The position numbers and the translations under genes were made by a program. A model generated the notes under the pieces. It saw only the letters and a program-made list of their open reading frames with translations. It ran no database searches and was not told the DNA's origin. Shown here piece by piece: positions 51,703 to 64,000 of a stretch of 64,000 nucleotides of DNA. Each line of letters begins with the position of its first letter. Position 1 is the stretch's first letter. The DNA is from Pseudovirgaria hyperparasitica (taxonomy: Eukaryota): NCBI GenBank assembly GCA_010093815.1, contig ML996587.1, one strand, 5' to 3'.

Positions 51703-54322
51703 GAATAAATATCTTATTTCTCTTTACGTATAGATATATATAGATATATAATTATAAGTAAATAGTAGTTTAGATTTATACTACTATACTAACTAGTCTC
51801 TTAGAAGCTAATTAACTAACTACTTTACTTACTTCTATACTACTATATCTCTATAGAATTAAAGTATATGTCTATTACTAGTATATTAGATATAGCTATC
51901 TCTACTATAGCTATATCTTCTTTTTCTAGGTCTAAGGCTTATATTCTTATACTTTTAATTACCTTATCTAATATAGTAAGTCTAGTCTTAACCTCTAAAT
52001 AGTCTAAAATTAAAGTATATATATACTATAGGCTAATATTATCTATAGTAATAATATCTTATACTTATCTACGGCTACGTCTTCTTACGTAAGTATTAGT
52101 CTACTAATACTATAAAACTAATAACTATTAGGTCTTATTCTTTATAGATCTATAAAGCTAATACTAGTAGAATATATAGAGAATCCGACTTAGTTAATCT
52201 ATATACCTTATTTAATTTAGATGTACTTAGGCCGGCTAGTAAATATACTAATATTTTCACTTATATATATAGATATAGTACCTATATATATTAGTAAATT
52301 ATATTACTAGTAGGTAGTATAAATACTTACTAAGTATAGAAATATTAAGCTTACTAGTAGAGTATATATAAGTATAATTTTCTCTAGATAGTTAGCGGAT
52401 ATTTATCGTGTGTATCTAGTACTTTTATTATAAATAATATTATTAATAAAGTTATAGATCTAGTTTACCTTTAAAGCGTATTTATTAGCTAGTAATACTA
52501 TCTTCTTTTATATAGTCTTATCTAGCTATAGAAGTATTTCATATATAGAATTAGTAATTATCTTACTTAGTATACTATTATTACTATCCCTCTAACATAT
52601 AAGCGTAATATTAATTTACTTATCTTCTACCTTTTTATTAGTAAGGTATATAAGTAGTATATATATAGTAGCTAGCCTAGCCTAATAGTAGTATACGTTA
52701 AGCCTAGACCTAGTACTCTCTTTTAATTTACTCTAGGCGGTAGATTATATCTATAAGTTCCGCGACGTTCCGTTAGACTATAGATTATTAAACTATTTAC
52801 TTCTATTCTTATATAACTATATAATTATCTTCTCTAGTTCTATAGCTAGAATAGATATAAACTCTACTACTAGCTTTAATATTATAGATAGATATATCTC
52901 TCTATTAAACTATTTAGTTAGTAGTCTCTATTATAGAATAAATAGTAAATACTAATTAGCTACTATATATAGTATATACTTACCTTCTATAGTTTCTAAT
53001 ACCCTATAAACTATTACGGCTATTATATCCGCTAGCTTACCTTTTATTAAACTAAGAAGTTTATTTAACTATATTATAATAATTTTCCTTATAGTTTTAT
53101 TCTATAGACTCTTAAATACCCTTTTAGTATTATTATTATTAATATAGTTAGATAACTTATCTAGAGTATCTACCTTAATAGCTACTAGAATATCTACTAG
53201 ACTATTTAAGAGAGGCGTTATACTAATCTATATACTAAATATAAGGGTATTATATATTATATATTTATACTATTTTATATTAGGGTTCTTTACGGAATAG
53301 AACTCGTCTATAATTAATATACTAAGGAATACTACTTTATAAGTTTAAGTGTTTTTAGTACTAAATTTTTTTACTCTCTTTACTCTTATAACTATATATC
53401 TCTTAAAAGATTTAAGATATTCGAGTTCTATACTCTAGATAGTACTATAGATTATATAGTTCTTTATAAATTATAATAGAAATTTAGTAGTAGCGGTCCT
53501 ATTAATAGAAATTAACTATACTCTAATAATATACTTCTTATTAGTCTTAAATTTAGTAGTATTACTAATATTAACGCTATATTTCTATTTAGAGTATAGG
53601 CATCTCTTAGCTAAGTATTATTAGTCTATATATAAGAATTATCGGATACTAGAGGCATTAGTAAGGGTTTTTAAGTATACTAGCCGTACTATTATCTTTA
53701 TCGGGTTCCGTTTATTAATTTAATTAGTAAATATACTATCTATATTATTATATATCTATTTAAAGTGCTATAGCTAATATACTATTAGAAGGGACATTAG
53801 ATAGTATAGTATAAATAGTCCTTAAAGGCGGGGTATATAGATAAAATTATTAGTCTAGCTATATGGATATTTAATCGGATATAGAGATTATATTAGATAC
53901 TTTCTATCTATATCTAAGTCTTAAGTTAGTTATAGATAATTTCCTAGATTAAATTTCTATATTATTATATAGAAAGTTCTAATAAAACGTAAGGTAGATA
54001 AATATTATAAGTATAATTATCTTCTCTAGCCCTAGACTATCTACTAAGATCTAGTACTTCTATAGACCCGCCTACTACTTAAATATAGTAACTACTATAA
54101 GTAACTAGCCGGTCTATAGTCTATATAATCTACTTATACTAAAGGCTAGATATAGAGTAGGTATATAGCTAAACTCCTTTATTAGATTATCTAGTATAAG
54201 TCTAAATATACTTATAGTAAGTAACTATATCTCTTCCGTATAATAAGAGATAGCTTAGACTACTTTATTAGAGTTATTAATAGTAAATATTCTATAGATA
54301 TATTACCTATACTATTATCTTA

Positions 54323-57300
54323 AGAAACTTCTTACACCCTAACGGACTAAACTAGTTAATTTAGGGTAAAACAGCGATTTACATACATTAAACGATAGAG
54401 TATACCGAGTATAATAACCTCTAACATACGTACGTATATATAGCGTATAATATATAATAATACTAACGTATAGAGATACTATATATATACGCTTAAAGAC
54501 TCTTTAATAATATAAGTATAGACTATATCTAATAAACGCCGACACGCTAACCCCCTTTTATTAGTTAAGGGCTACTCTTAACTAATAACTATAGTAGTCT
54601 TAGGTATTATAATACCCCGGTATATACCGGATATACCCCTACTAGTATAGTAGAAACGGCTATATAGTAATATTAATATAGATAGCTAGATACCTATCTA
54701 AAATATAGAAACTAACTAAGGGTGCGAAGTACTATAGATAACCTAGACTAAGGGGACCCTAAGAGGGGAGACCCTCCTAGATAAAATTAAATACTAGGTA
54801 ATATATATAGAGAGGGACGCTAAGAAGGGAAAGAAGACCCTCCTTTATATATTCTAGATCTTATCTAGAACCTAAGAGAAATTATAGAGGAAGAAAGAAA
54901 GTTACTATAAGAGAAACCTAGTAGTAGACTCGACCGAATAGAAGCTAGCCTATAGAGAATCTAGAAAGAGCTATTCTAAGGTAAGCGCCCTAACACGTAG
55001 ACTTAGATTATAGTAATACCTAGAGCCACCGTACTAAGGACTACTAGAACTATAGATAGAGTATATAGTATATATATCATAATCTAGAATAAGGATACGC
55101 TAGTATAGGTCTAATAGATATCCCTAAAGGAAATTATAAATAAGATTAATAAATAGAAAGAAATATAGTTAAGCGTCGTGGCTACTAAAGTTACGCTAGA
55201 TAGGGTAGCACTTACTACTATAATAAATACTACGTAGTAAAACATCTCGCGAGATCTAAATATAATAGGTAGTAACTTCTCTAGCGCGTCTATTAGAGTA
55301 GCTATATATCTAATTATAGTATATATAGTACCCGTATAGGGATAGGCTATTAGAGTAGAGGATATTACGCGTATAGAATAATCTAACACATAAACATACC
55401 TAGGGATTAAGATTATAAAAGCGTGGTAGAAGAACCTATAGGCGATTAAGACGACGGTAAAAAAACACTCTACTATAATTATAGAGCTCCGAGACCCCGC
55501 CCTTATATAATATATTATATAGAAGGGATTCCTAGTAGAAGAAGAGCTTCTTATAGCCGAGCTATAGAATAGAGTATAGATAATAATATAGTACTTTAAC
55601 TATTAAGGGTATAGATATACTATATAAAGGTACTTATAGAAGACTAAGTACGGATAGTACTATAGGGACCACGCTATCTAGAAGTACCCTTATAAACCGC
55701 AAGGAGACAGACTAAGAAATAGAGATATAGTATAGTATTTAAACTACGATAGAAAATATCTATTATAGTTATTAATATATATAAAATATAAATAGATTAT
55801 AGAATATATTTATATAATAAAAGTAAGAGGCGTAAGATAGTTATAGAATATAATACCTACTACGGGCCCTTCCTTTATAATATCCCTAACCTTCCCTCCG
55901 AAAGATAGTTAGATAGAATAGTAGACTATCCCGAAGATAATAGAATAACTAAAAGGTATAGTTAAAGCCGCTACCGCGTAAGGATAGTCGCGCCTCTAAG
56001 GAATAAGTATATAAGTATATATACTCTCTAGTATCTAATAAGGGACTAGAATATACTCTAAATTATATAGATAAACATATAATATAAAAGAGAGAACTAG
56101 GCAACGCTTCTTAAAGAGACTAGGGCTATAATACTCGCTATCTAGAAACCCTATAAACACTACTAGACGAGTAAACTAACTATACACCCCGGATACTATA
56201 CTATATACCCTCTAGAACTAGAAAGACGAGTCCTCTTCTATATTTATAGGTTAATACTACTCTTATTATAGTTATATACTAAGTATAATAACCTTAGGAT
56301 AATACTATATCTATAAATAGATATAGGCCCCCTATATATATATAATATATATAACTAATAATATATACTTATACTAGACGAGATACTCGAGGGTACTATA
56401 GAACTAGGGTAACATATTCTTCTAGGAGACTTTAATCTCTACTACTAATAGTAGAGAGGCCTAGCTATAGTTAGAGAAGAACTTAGAGTAAGGGAACTAC
56501 GTACCCGCTACCACGACTTCCTATATCTACTTACATCTATAGAATAAGTTATATAGAAAAAATATAAATAGAATAAAGATAGGTCTACGCTTAATCTTAC
56601 CTTCGCCATGGAGTATATTAGTTACTAGATCTAATACTACCGCCTAGGCTAGGTATAGATGGATTCTAACCATAAATATATAGAAACTATAATAAATATA
56701 TATACCCCGAATAAATAATAGGGATAATAGATATAGAAGGATACTAACTAGAAAAAGTACCTAAAGGACCTAGAATTAGTAATTCTAGATCTCTCTATAG
56801 TTAATATATCTAATAACCTAGCTATAGACCAGGCCGTATAGATACTCCTATAAATATACTAGAATATAAGAAATAAACACGTACTATACTAAATATACCA
56901 GCCTCTAGAAGTAAAGGGGATTCCTTAAGTATAGGAAAGTAGATAAGACGCCCGAAGGCTATATATATATATATACTATACGAGAATACCCGAGTCATAG
57001 AAAGAATAGAAGGAAGTAATATAATAACGCGATAAAGTTCTCTATAATAAAAGGCGTAAATAGTAGCGTATAATTACTAGTTAATAGATATAATATATAA
57101 TAGAGCTATAGTATATAGTAAAATAGGCTAAGGGCGTAGATACTCCGATACCCCTACTACTTATACCTCCCCTAATATATTAGGGGAGAATATACTCCAC
57201 GAGCCTTAAGAAAACTAAGGCCCTATAGAAGGCTATATTCCCTCTCCCGGAACTAGTAGACCTATTAGACGTTTATAGCGCTAAATATCTATATATAGTA

Positions 57301-59584
57301 GATATCCCTAAAGAAGTTATAGAGAAGAATATACTTAATATTATTAAGATACTCCTAAATAATAAAGTATCTAGACTAGATAGAATTCTAAATTAATACC
57401 TAAAAAGTACTATAAAAGTGACCCTACTACTTATTACTTATATATTCTAAGCATGTATTACGTAGGGGTACCACCCCTAGAGCTTCCGAGTTACCTATAC
57501 TATTATACTCCTAAAACTAGAAAAGAGCCCTAACTCCCTAAAGGGACAGAGACTAATCGCCCTTCTCTTCTACCTAGATAAGATACTAGAGGCTATAATA
57601 GTAAAGAAGATAAGTACTACGGTATAGAAATATAATCTCCTCTCTCTAAACTAAAAGATAAAGATAGATAGCTCTCTAATAATAGCTATCTAATATATTA
57701 TTAAAGTTGTCTAGGCCGTATAGAAATAGAGACGGGTAGTATTACTCCTCTCCTTTAATATAGCCGGAGCGTTTAATAAGATAAACTATATAAGACTTAT
57801 TTATAACCTCTAGATAAGATAAATACTAGAATAGATTATACGCTTTATATAGTTATTCCTTATAGAAAGAATAACTTAGATATATATCCCTAGATACTAG
57901 AGCGAATATAAAGAGACGGTATACGGCATTCTATAAGGGAGTACTATCTCTCCGATTCTATTCCTCTTCTTTATAGTAGACCTTCTTTAAGAAATAAAGT
58001 ATATAGAGGTAGTTAGATACGCCGATAATATATATCTCCTAGCTATTAATAATAATACTAACCGAACGTATAGACGACTAGAATAGAACTATAAGAGGTA
58101 CCTCTAGTAGATAAAACGCCACGGAGTAAAGTTCGCCCTAGAGAAATACTAGCTTATATACTTTATTAATTATTAAGGGAAATAGATAACTAGGGAAGGT
58201 AAATAATACCCCCGAATCGACGCATTTAATAAACTACTAGTATAAAATATATACGCGCTCGGAGTTATACTAGATAGTAAGCTTAAATAGGGACTATAAG
58301 TAGTATATACCATCTCTAGGGCCCTCTAGATAGAAGCTACTATATAATAGATTATAGCCTCTATATAGGGAACCGCCCGGGATAAGGCACGCTAGCTATA
58401 TATATCTATAGCACGACCCGCCTTTACGTATAGACACGAGTACTAGTATATAGCTCTTATATAGACTAGGCGAATAAAGCTCGAATCTATATAGAACCGT
58501 ATACTCCATCTTATATTAGGCGTATATAAAGCTACTAATATAGTACTACTATGACACGAGATAGACGTTATAAGTATATATAACTTCTACTAGATATAGA
58601 GGGTAGTATACTTTACTAAATAATAAGTATAGAAACGTATAGAAAACGTAGAATATACTTTTACCGCGCTATATATATAAATTAGTATATATTACCATGT
58701 ACTCCTATATATAGACCGGAATTAAATACGGTATAGATACTTAATAGAAGCTAACTCTAGCTAAGTAGTATAAGAAGTCCGAGATAACCCGGACGCTCTC
58801 CTAGACTAGTAGAGCCTTTAAGAACTTATAAAAAATATATAGTTATAGACTTAAGATAAGTAGAAAGAGGTACTCTATATCTACTAGACCTTCTAGTAGA
58901 ATAGGTACCTAGAGTAGATTTAAGGGCTATAGAAGAAACTAAGTAAATAGATATATAAAGGGCTAACGAAAGCCTAAGTATCTATACTTATCTAAGCCCG
59001 AACGGGCGCTATAGAACTCCTATACTATATCTATAAGAGAGGCGTTTCTAATACCTCCCTATAGTATAAGGCGTATAGCCAGAGAGGTATAATATACTAC
59101 TATCTAGCTATATACTCTAACCTCTATATATAATAGTAATAGCTTATCTATATTATAAAGACTTTAGATATTATATAATAGCTTAATAAGTACCCTAAGA
59201 ACGTCTCCTAATAGATACTTATATATCTACTACTTCTCTAGTACTAGTAGACCTAGAAATATATACTAGAAGAGACCCGGTATACGCTAGTAGTAACCCG
59301 ATATATACCGGAAGAACCCTAGGAGAACCCCAATTATTAGTCGAGGGCAGCCCTTAACTAATAATCTCCACACCTATATATACTACCTAAGGGTAAAATA
59401 ATAGTAATATAGGCTATAGGCTAATAGATATACCCTATAGCTATATACTTAAGACGAAATAGAGGTTTAATGAGATATAGTTATAGATATAAGGAAGTTT
59501 TTCCCTATAGGGTTTCTTCTTATATAGTGGCTTAGACTAGAGAAGGCATAGGCCTATAGAGTACTACTCTATCTAGTTATATAA

Positions 59585-59613
<29 letters not shown>
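54323..59613 (+). mobile_element. Full-length LINE, copy 4 (same subfamily as copy 1)
   Basis: Colinear with copy 1 apart from transitions; (TAT)n tail; possible low-complexity TSD tatagatatatta (54293/59612), uncertain. Confidence 0.92.
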
Positions 59614-59615
<2 letters not shown>

Positions 59616-59989
59616 GATATATTAGTATAGTAGTATATATTTCTACTTACTTCTTAGTATAACTTATACTTTCTATAGTTTTATACGAATATTATTATCT
59701 ACTAGAATTAAGTCCTCTATATCTAGCTTTACTTTATCTCTATTAGAGTTATTATCTATAGAAAGAATTTTAAAGTTAAGGCTATCTACTAATATACTAT
59801 CTAATATATATCTACTATATAAATTATCTACTAACCTAAATAGTTCCTAGTTTTTATATATCTACTAGTTAATATCTAGTAGTATAATATATTCTAGTTT
59901 TAGGCGTTTCGGAGAATTAACTAGGTTTACTATATTATCTAAGAGTATCCTCTTTATTTCTAGTAGCTATCGATAAGTCTTACTAGTAT

Positions 59990-60326
59990 CTAGAGATATA
60001 ATAGTATTTATAGAGGAATTATCTATATTAGTAATTATAGCTGTATCTATCTTTAATACTACTCTAATATTAGTATCTAGAACTATATATATATATATAT
60101 ATATATATATCTAAGTATACTAGCCACGTTATCTTCTATTTTAGTATCTTCTATATTCTCTTTCTCTATATATTCTAATAATAACTATAACTATATCTCT
60201 ATAGCTACTATATTTATATATAGATAAGCTTCGCTAGATATAATAATATTTATAGATAGATTATCTATATTAGTAGTTCTAACCGCGTCTATATTTAATA
60301 CTACTCTAATATTAGTATCTAGAACC

Positions 60327-60368
<42 letters not shown>

Positions 60369-60460
60369 AAGTATACTAGCTATATTATCTTCTATTTTAG
60401 TATTTTCTATATTCTCTTTCTTCTTATATTCTAGCAGTAACTATATCTATACATCTATAT
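59990..60460. repeat. ~250-bp tandem duplication containing (TA)n, in unclassified RIPed DNA
   Basis: tttaatactactctaatattagtatctagaac...(TA)n...ctaagtatactagc at ~60052 and ~60294. Confidence 0.75.
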
Positions 60461-62002
60461 CTATAGTATCTATATCTAGTTTAGCCTCTATTATATCTAT
60501 AGCTATAACTATTAGTACTAACTTACTATTTATAGCCGTGATATACTAATTACATTCTCTAGTAACGGTTTCCTTAACTATTTTATAGAGTATAGTAGTA
60601 TCTATACTACTAGTTTTAAGCTCTATTACTACTTCTTTACTTAGTATCTTAATAATAGTAGCTCTATATATATTATAACTTATTTTAGATATTAGATATA
60701 GACCTTAGAGATACTAGAAATAAGATAGAAGGGTACTAATACTTAAGGCCTCCGTACGTTATATATATATATTATAGTTAGCTATTCTATAGCTAGTAGT
60801 TAAACTAGAATAGTTATAACTCTTATTATATCTATCTATTTCTATATATAACTTAGGCCATAGGTAGTAAGACGGCGTTAATAGTAATAAGATATAAAAA
60901 CGAGATTTAGATAGTAGAAGTTAAGTTACTATATTTAGTAATTATAATATAATTTTAATAAGTATAGAGAAAGTAAAGTATATAAGTAAATATTTAATTA
61001 TTAGAGTAGATCTTATATAATTATAGTTATAGTAATAATATAGCTAGTAGAACCGGGCGTATCCCGATATAAACTAGGTAGATACCGGCTTATACTAGTA
61101 TTATAATATCTTAACCGAATATATATACTATAGTTATATAGCTAGTAGAATCGGGTATATACTAATATATAGTAGGTAGAAGCCGTCTTATATTAGTATT
61201 ATATTATTATAGCTAAGTATATACGCTACTCTTACTACCTCTAGTACCCTTTTTATTATTCTATTACTCTTTAAAAGTAATATCTATATTCTCTATATCT
61301 AAGGTACTTTTAAGACTTTTAAAGTTACTATCTTTAGAGCTTATAGATTAGTCTTATAACTTCCCGAGTACTAATAGTAGTATATATAGTATTACTAGAG
61401 AAAGGGTTAAGTTATCTAGATAATACTATCTACTATCTATAATACTATCTCTATAGATATCTCTACTATTATAGGCGGTAGCTTTCTATTACTATTATTA
61501 TACTAATTATAGTAAGTATAGTATTAGAGATAGAGAGACGGATTTATTCAAGTATAATCTATATATAGCTATCTATACTATTATATATTAGTCGCTGGTT
61601 TATATTTCGTTTTACTTCGGGTATACTATCTATATTCTATCTAAGGCTAAGGAGTATTATACTATTACTATATTCTAGAATATATTTAATTACTAACTAT
61701 AGAAGCTATCTAATATCTATCTCTAGTTCTATTATACTTATTATATACTTAACTACTAGTATAATAGAATATATAGTAGTACGGCTCTAGTTAAGTACCC
61801 TTCTAGTCTTTATTATATATTAGACTCTAATTTACTATATAAATACTACTAAATTAATATATAAAGTATTACTATAGTCTTTCTACTAGTTAGACGTAGA
61901 TACTAGTATTTTAAGAAATATATTATTATTAAACCTAATTATAAATTTAATTTTTCTTATAGTATATACGTTAGTAGACTATAGAACTACTATAAGTATA
62001 GA

Positions 62003-62112
62003 CTATAAGGTTATAGTATATAAGAGCTATAAGGTTATAATAGATAGAGGTTATAAGGTTATAATAGGCGGAGATTATAAGGTTATAATAGACGGGGATT
62101 ATAAGGTTATAG
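62003..62112. repeat. Minisatellite, ~24-bp unit (tataaggttataatagacggggat)
   Basis: Five visible tataaggttata cores. Confidence 0.75.
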
Positions 62113-63702
62113 AATATAGAGCTATAATTATATGCCTCTTCTTATACTTAGAGATAGTTTTTCTATAATATATAGTTTTCTATACTATAGTACGTACCTA
62201 GTTATAGATATAGTATAGTACCTTTATCTCTATATACTCTACTACTCTTTTCTATACTACTAGGAATTTATCTACTATCTTATTAATAATCTTATATACT
62301 CTTTTTACGCTAAGCTTATTCTTAGTTTAATACCTATAGTCTATAAGTAGAGTAGCTATATATACTTCTATATATAGCTACCTTATATATATCTCTATAG
62401 CTTTATACTTTACTTATATATCTAGACTTAAGATATAAAGTAGTACTATAGTAATTACTATATTTAGATAGTTACTTTATTATAGAATTAGATTTAATAT
62501 ATTAATTATATATAGTTAATATATATAGTTAATATAGTGTTTATAATTTACGGACTAATTATATAGTATATATATAGTATATTATAGATATAAGAAAGAT
62601 AGAGATATAGATTAGATAATAGAGATAGAAGCTAGAATAATAAGGTATCTACTAGGTAAAACTTATTTATATTCTTATTATTTCTTAAACACGCGTTTAT
62701 AATATATATATAACTTAGTATAGCGTGGTTAGGCGTGTAGTTATTTACTTTATATTATCTAATACCCTTAATAGAATAAGATAGCTATAATTCTTATCTT
62801 ATAATATTATATTATAGGTAACTACGTCTAGAATAGTATATAACTATATATATATATAAGGTACCGCGTTAGTCTTATTCTATTTTATATTTATATACTT
62901 ATCTCTAGATACTCTCTAAGTATTATATATCTATATTTTATTATATTTAAGTATTATATTCTTCTATACTTTTAAAGTATATGATATTTAGGTTTACTAT
63001 ATTCTATATATATTATAGTTAAAGTCTAAAGGTAGAGGCTATAATTAGAGTATATGTTTTTTTATATTTTCTCTTTAGATAGTAATATCTTCTAATATAA
63101 AGGCTAGAAGTAGTTTTAAAAGTATAAAGGGGATAACTAAAGGAAGTCTATATTATTAGGCCGGGGCTTATAGTAGATATAGAATTATATTTATTTCTTA
63201 ATTAGTAGATACTAGTTAACGTACCTAGTAGCGCTATACTATCTAATAGTATATCTATACTAGAGTAGATATAATAGAAATACCCTTAATAGGTCTTTAA
63301 TAGAGCTAAACTATCTATCTAGTAGAATATTATAACTATATCTAAAATAGATATAGAGGTATACTTACTAAGAAGCCGTAACTAAGTAGCCCTAATATAT
63401 AAGTCTAATTATATACTATTACTAATTAACTTCTATATCTTTATATATAGTAATACTACTATCTTAGTTAGTATTCTCGTAGTCTCTATTATTCTAGCCG
63501 CTAGTAGTTACTTTATTAGTAGTATTAGCTCTAGTAGTATTAGCTCTAGTAGTATTAACTAGATTATTATTATTTATATATATAGGTAATTTAGTACGAC
63601 TAGAATAATAACGCTAAGTATAGCTAGTAGTCTTATAATTATAATATAATATATCTATAAGCGTCTTGGATTTAGGGTAAATATTAGCTTTATAGCTAAT
63701 AT

Positions 63703-64000
63703 TATTAGAACTTAGTCTTAGGTAGAACCCGATCTATACGTACCTTAGCTAATAGGGTTAGGAGGTGACGTAAAGGGTGGTAAATAGTCACGTACTAGAT
63801 AGATCGGCGTCCCTTTATATATATACTCTCGGATTTCTACTAAAAGGGTTCGGTGTTAATTCGTTCTATAATAGAATACACCCTATTATTCTATCTAACT
63901 ATACTACTATCTAATAACCCTATTCTTATATTCGAATTACTCTCTATATAGTACTATAGTTAAGATAGTCTAACTAGAACCGAGAAGGTCGACACGATCT
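63703..64000 (+). mobile_element. 5' LTR (63703-63930), PBS and gag start of a second, more RIPed copy of element A
   Basis: 228-bp match to 30477-30704 followed by ttcgaattac...gaaggtcgacacgatc as at 30705-30774; runs off the window. Confidence 0.93.

Larger units (their letters stand above)
46450..54320. repeat. Unclassified RIPed repeat DNA
   Basis: RIP composition with internal duplications; no motif I can assign confidently. Confidence 0.5.

Noticed and set aside
51700..54300. Helicase (Helitron/RecQ-like) remnant
   Set aside because: No Walker or other helicase motif could be recovered by eye.

Overview
Filamentous-ascomycete (Pezizomycotina-type) genomic DNA. About 95% is AT-rich, TpA-enriched and CpA/TpG-depleted transposon DNA with the signature of repeat-induced point mutation (RIP). 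A ~3.4 kb GC-balanced island (~4480-7890) holds two convergent host genes: a Ser/Arg-rich hypothetical protein and YTM1 (WDR12, ribosome biogenesis). The repeats are nested: (i) four full-length Tad/CgT1-like LINEs and one chimeric LINE insertion, most with readable target-site duplications (TSDs); (ii) two copies of a ~940 bp tRNA-derived SINE sharing the LINE 3' tail; (iii) a structurally complete 7.4 kb chromovirus (Ty3/Gypsy) inside LINE copy 3, the start of a second copy at the window end, and older Gypsy remnants. The main hidden feature is a spliced, four-exon antisense gene in the chromovirus between pol and the 3' LTR (Zn2Cys6-like Cys pattern, basic patch, coiled-coil-like C-terminus). 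A related chromovirus appears to have an intron-bearing remnant at the same place. Other points are a self-priming PBS, a chromodomain plus AT-hook integrase tail, and a 31-bp palindrome bracketing both LINE ORFs. All TE protein readings were done by eye, reading RIP-type stops (TAG/TAA) as Q/W/R; boundaries in heavily mutated tracts are approximate.
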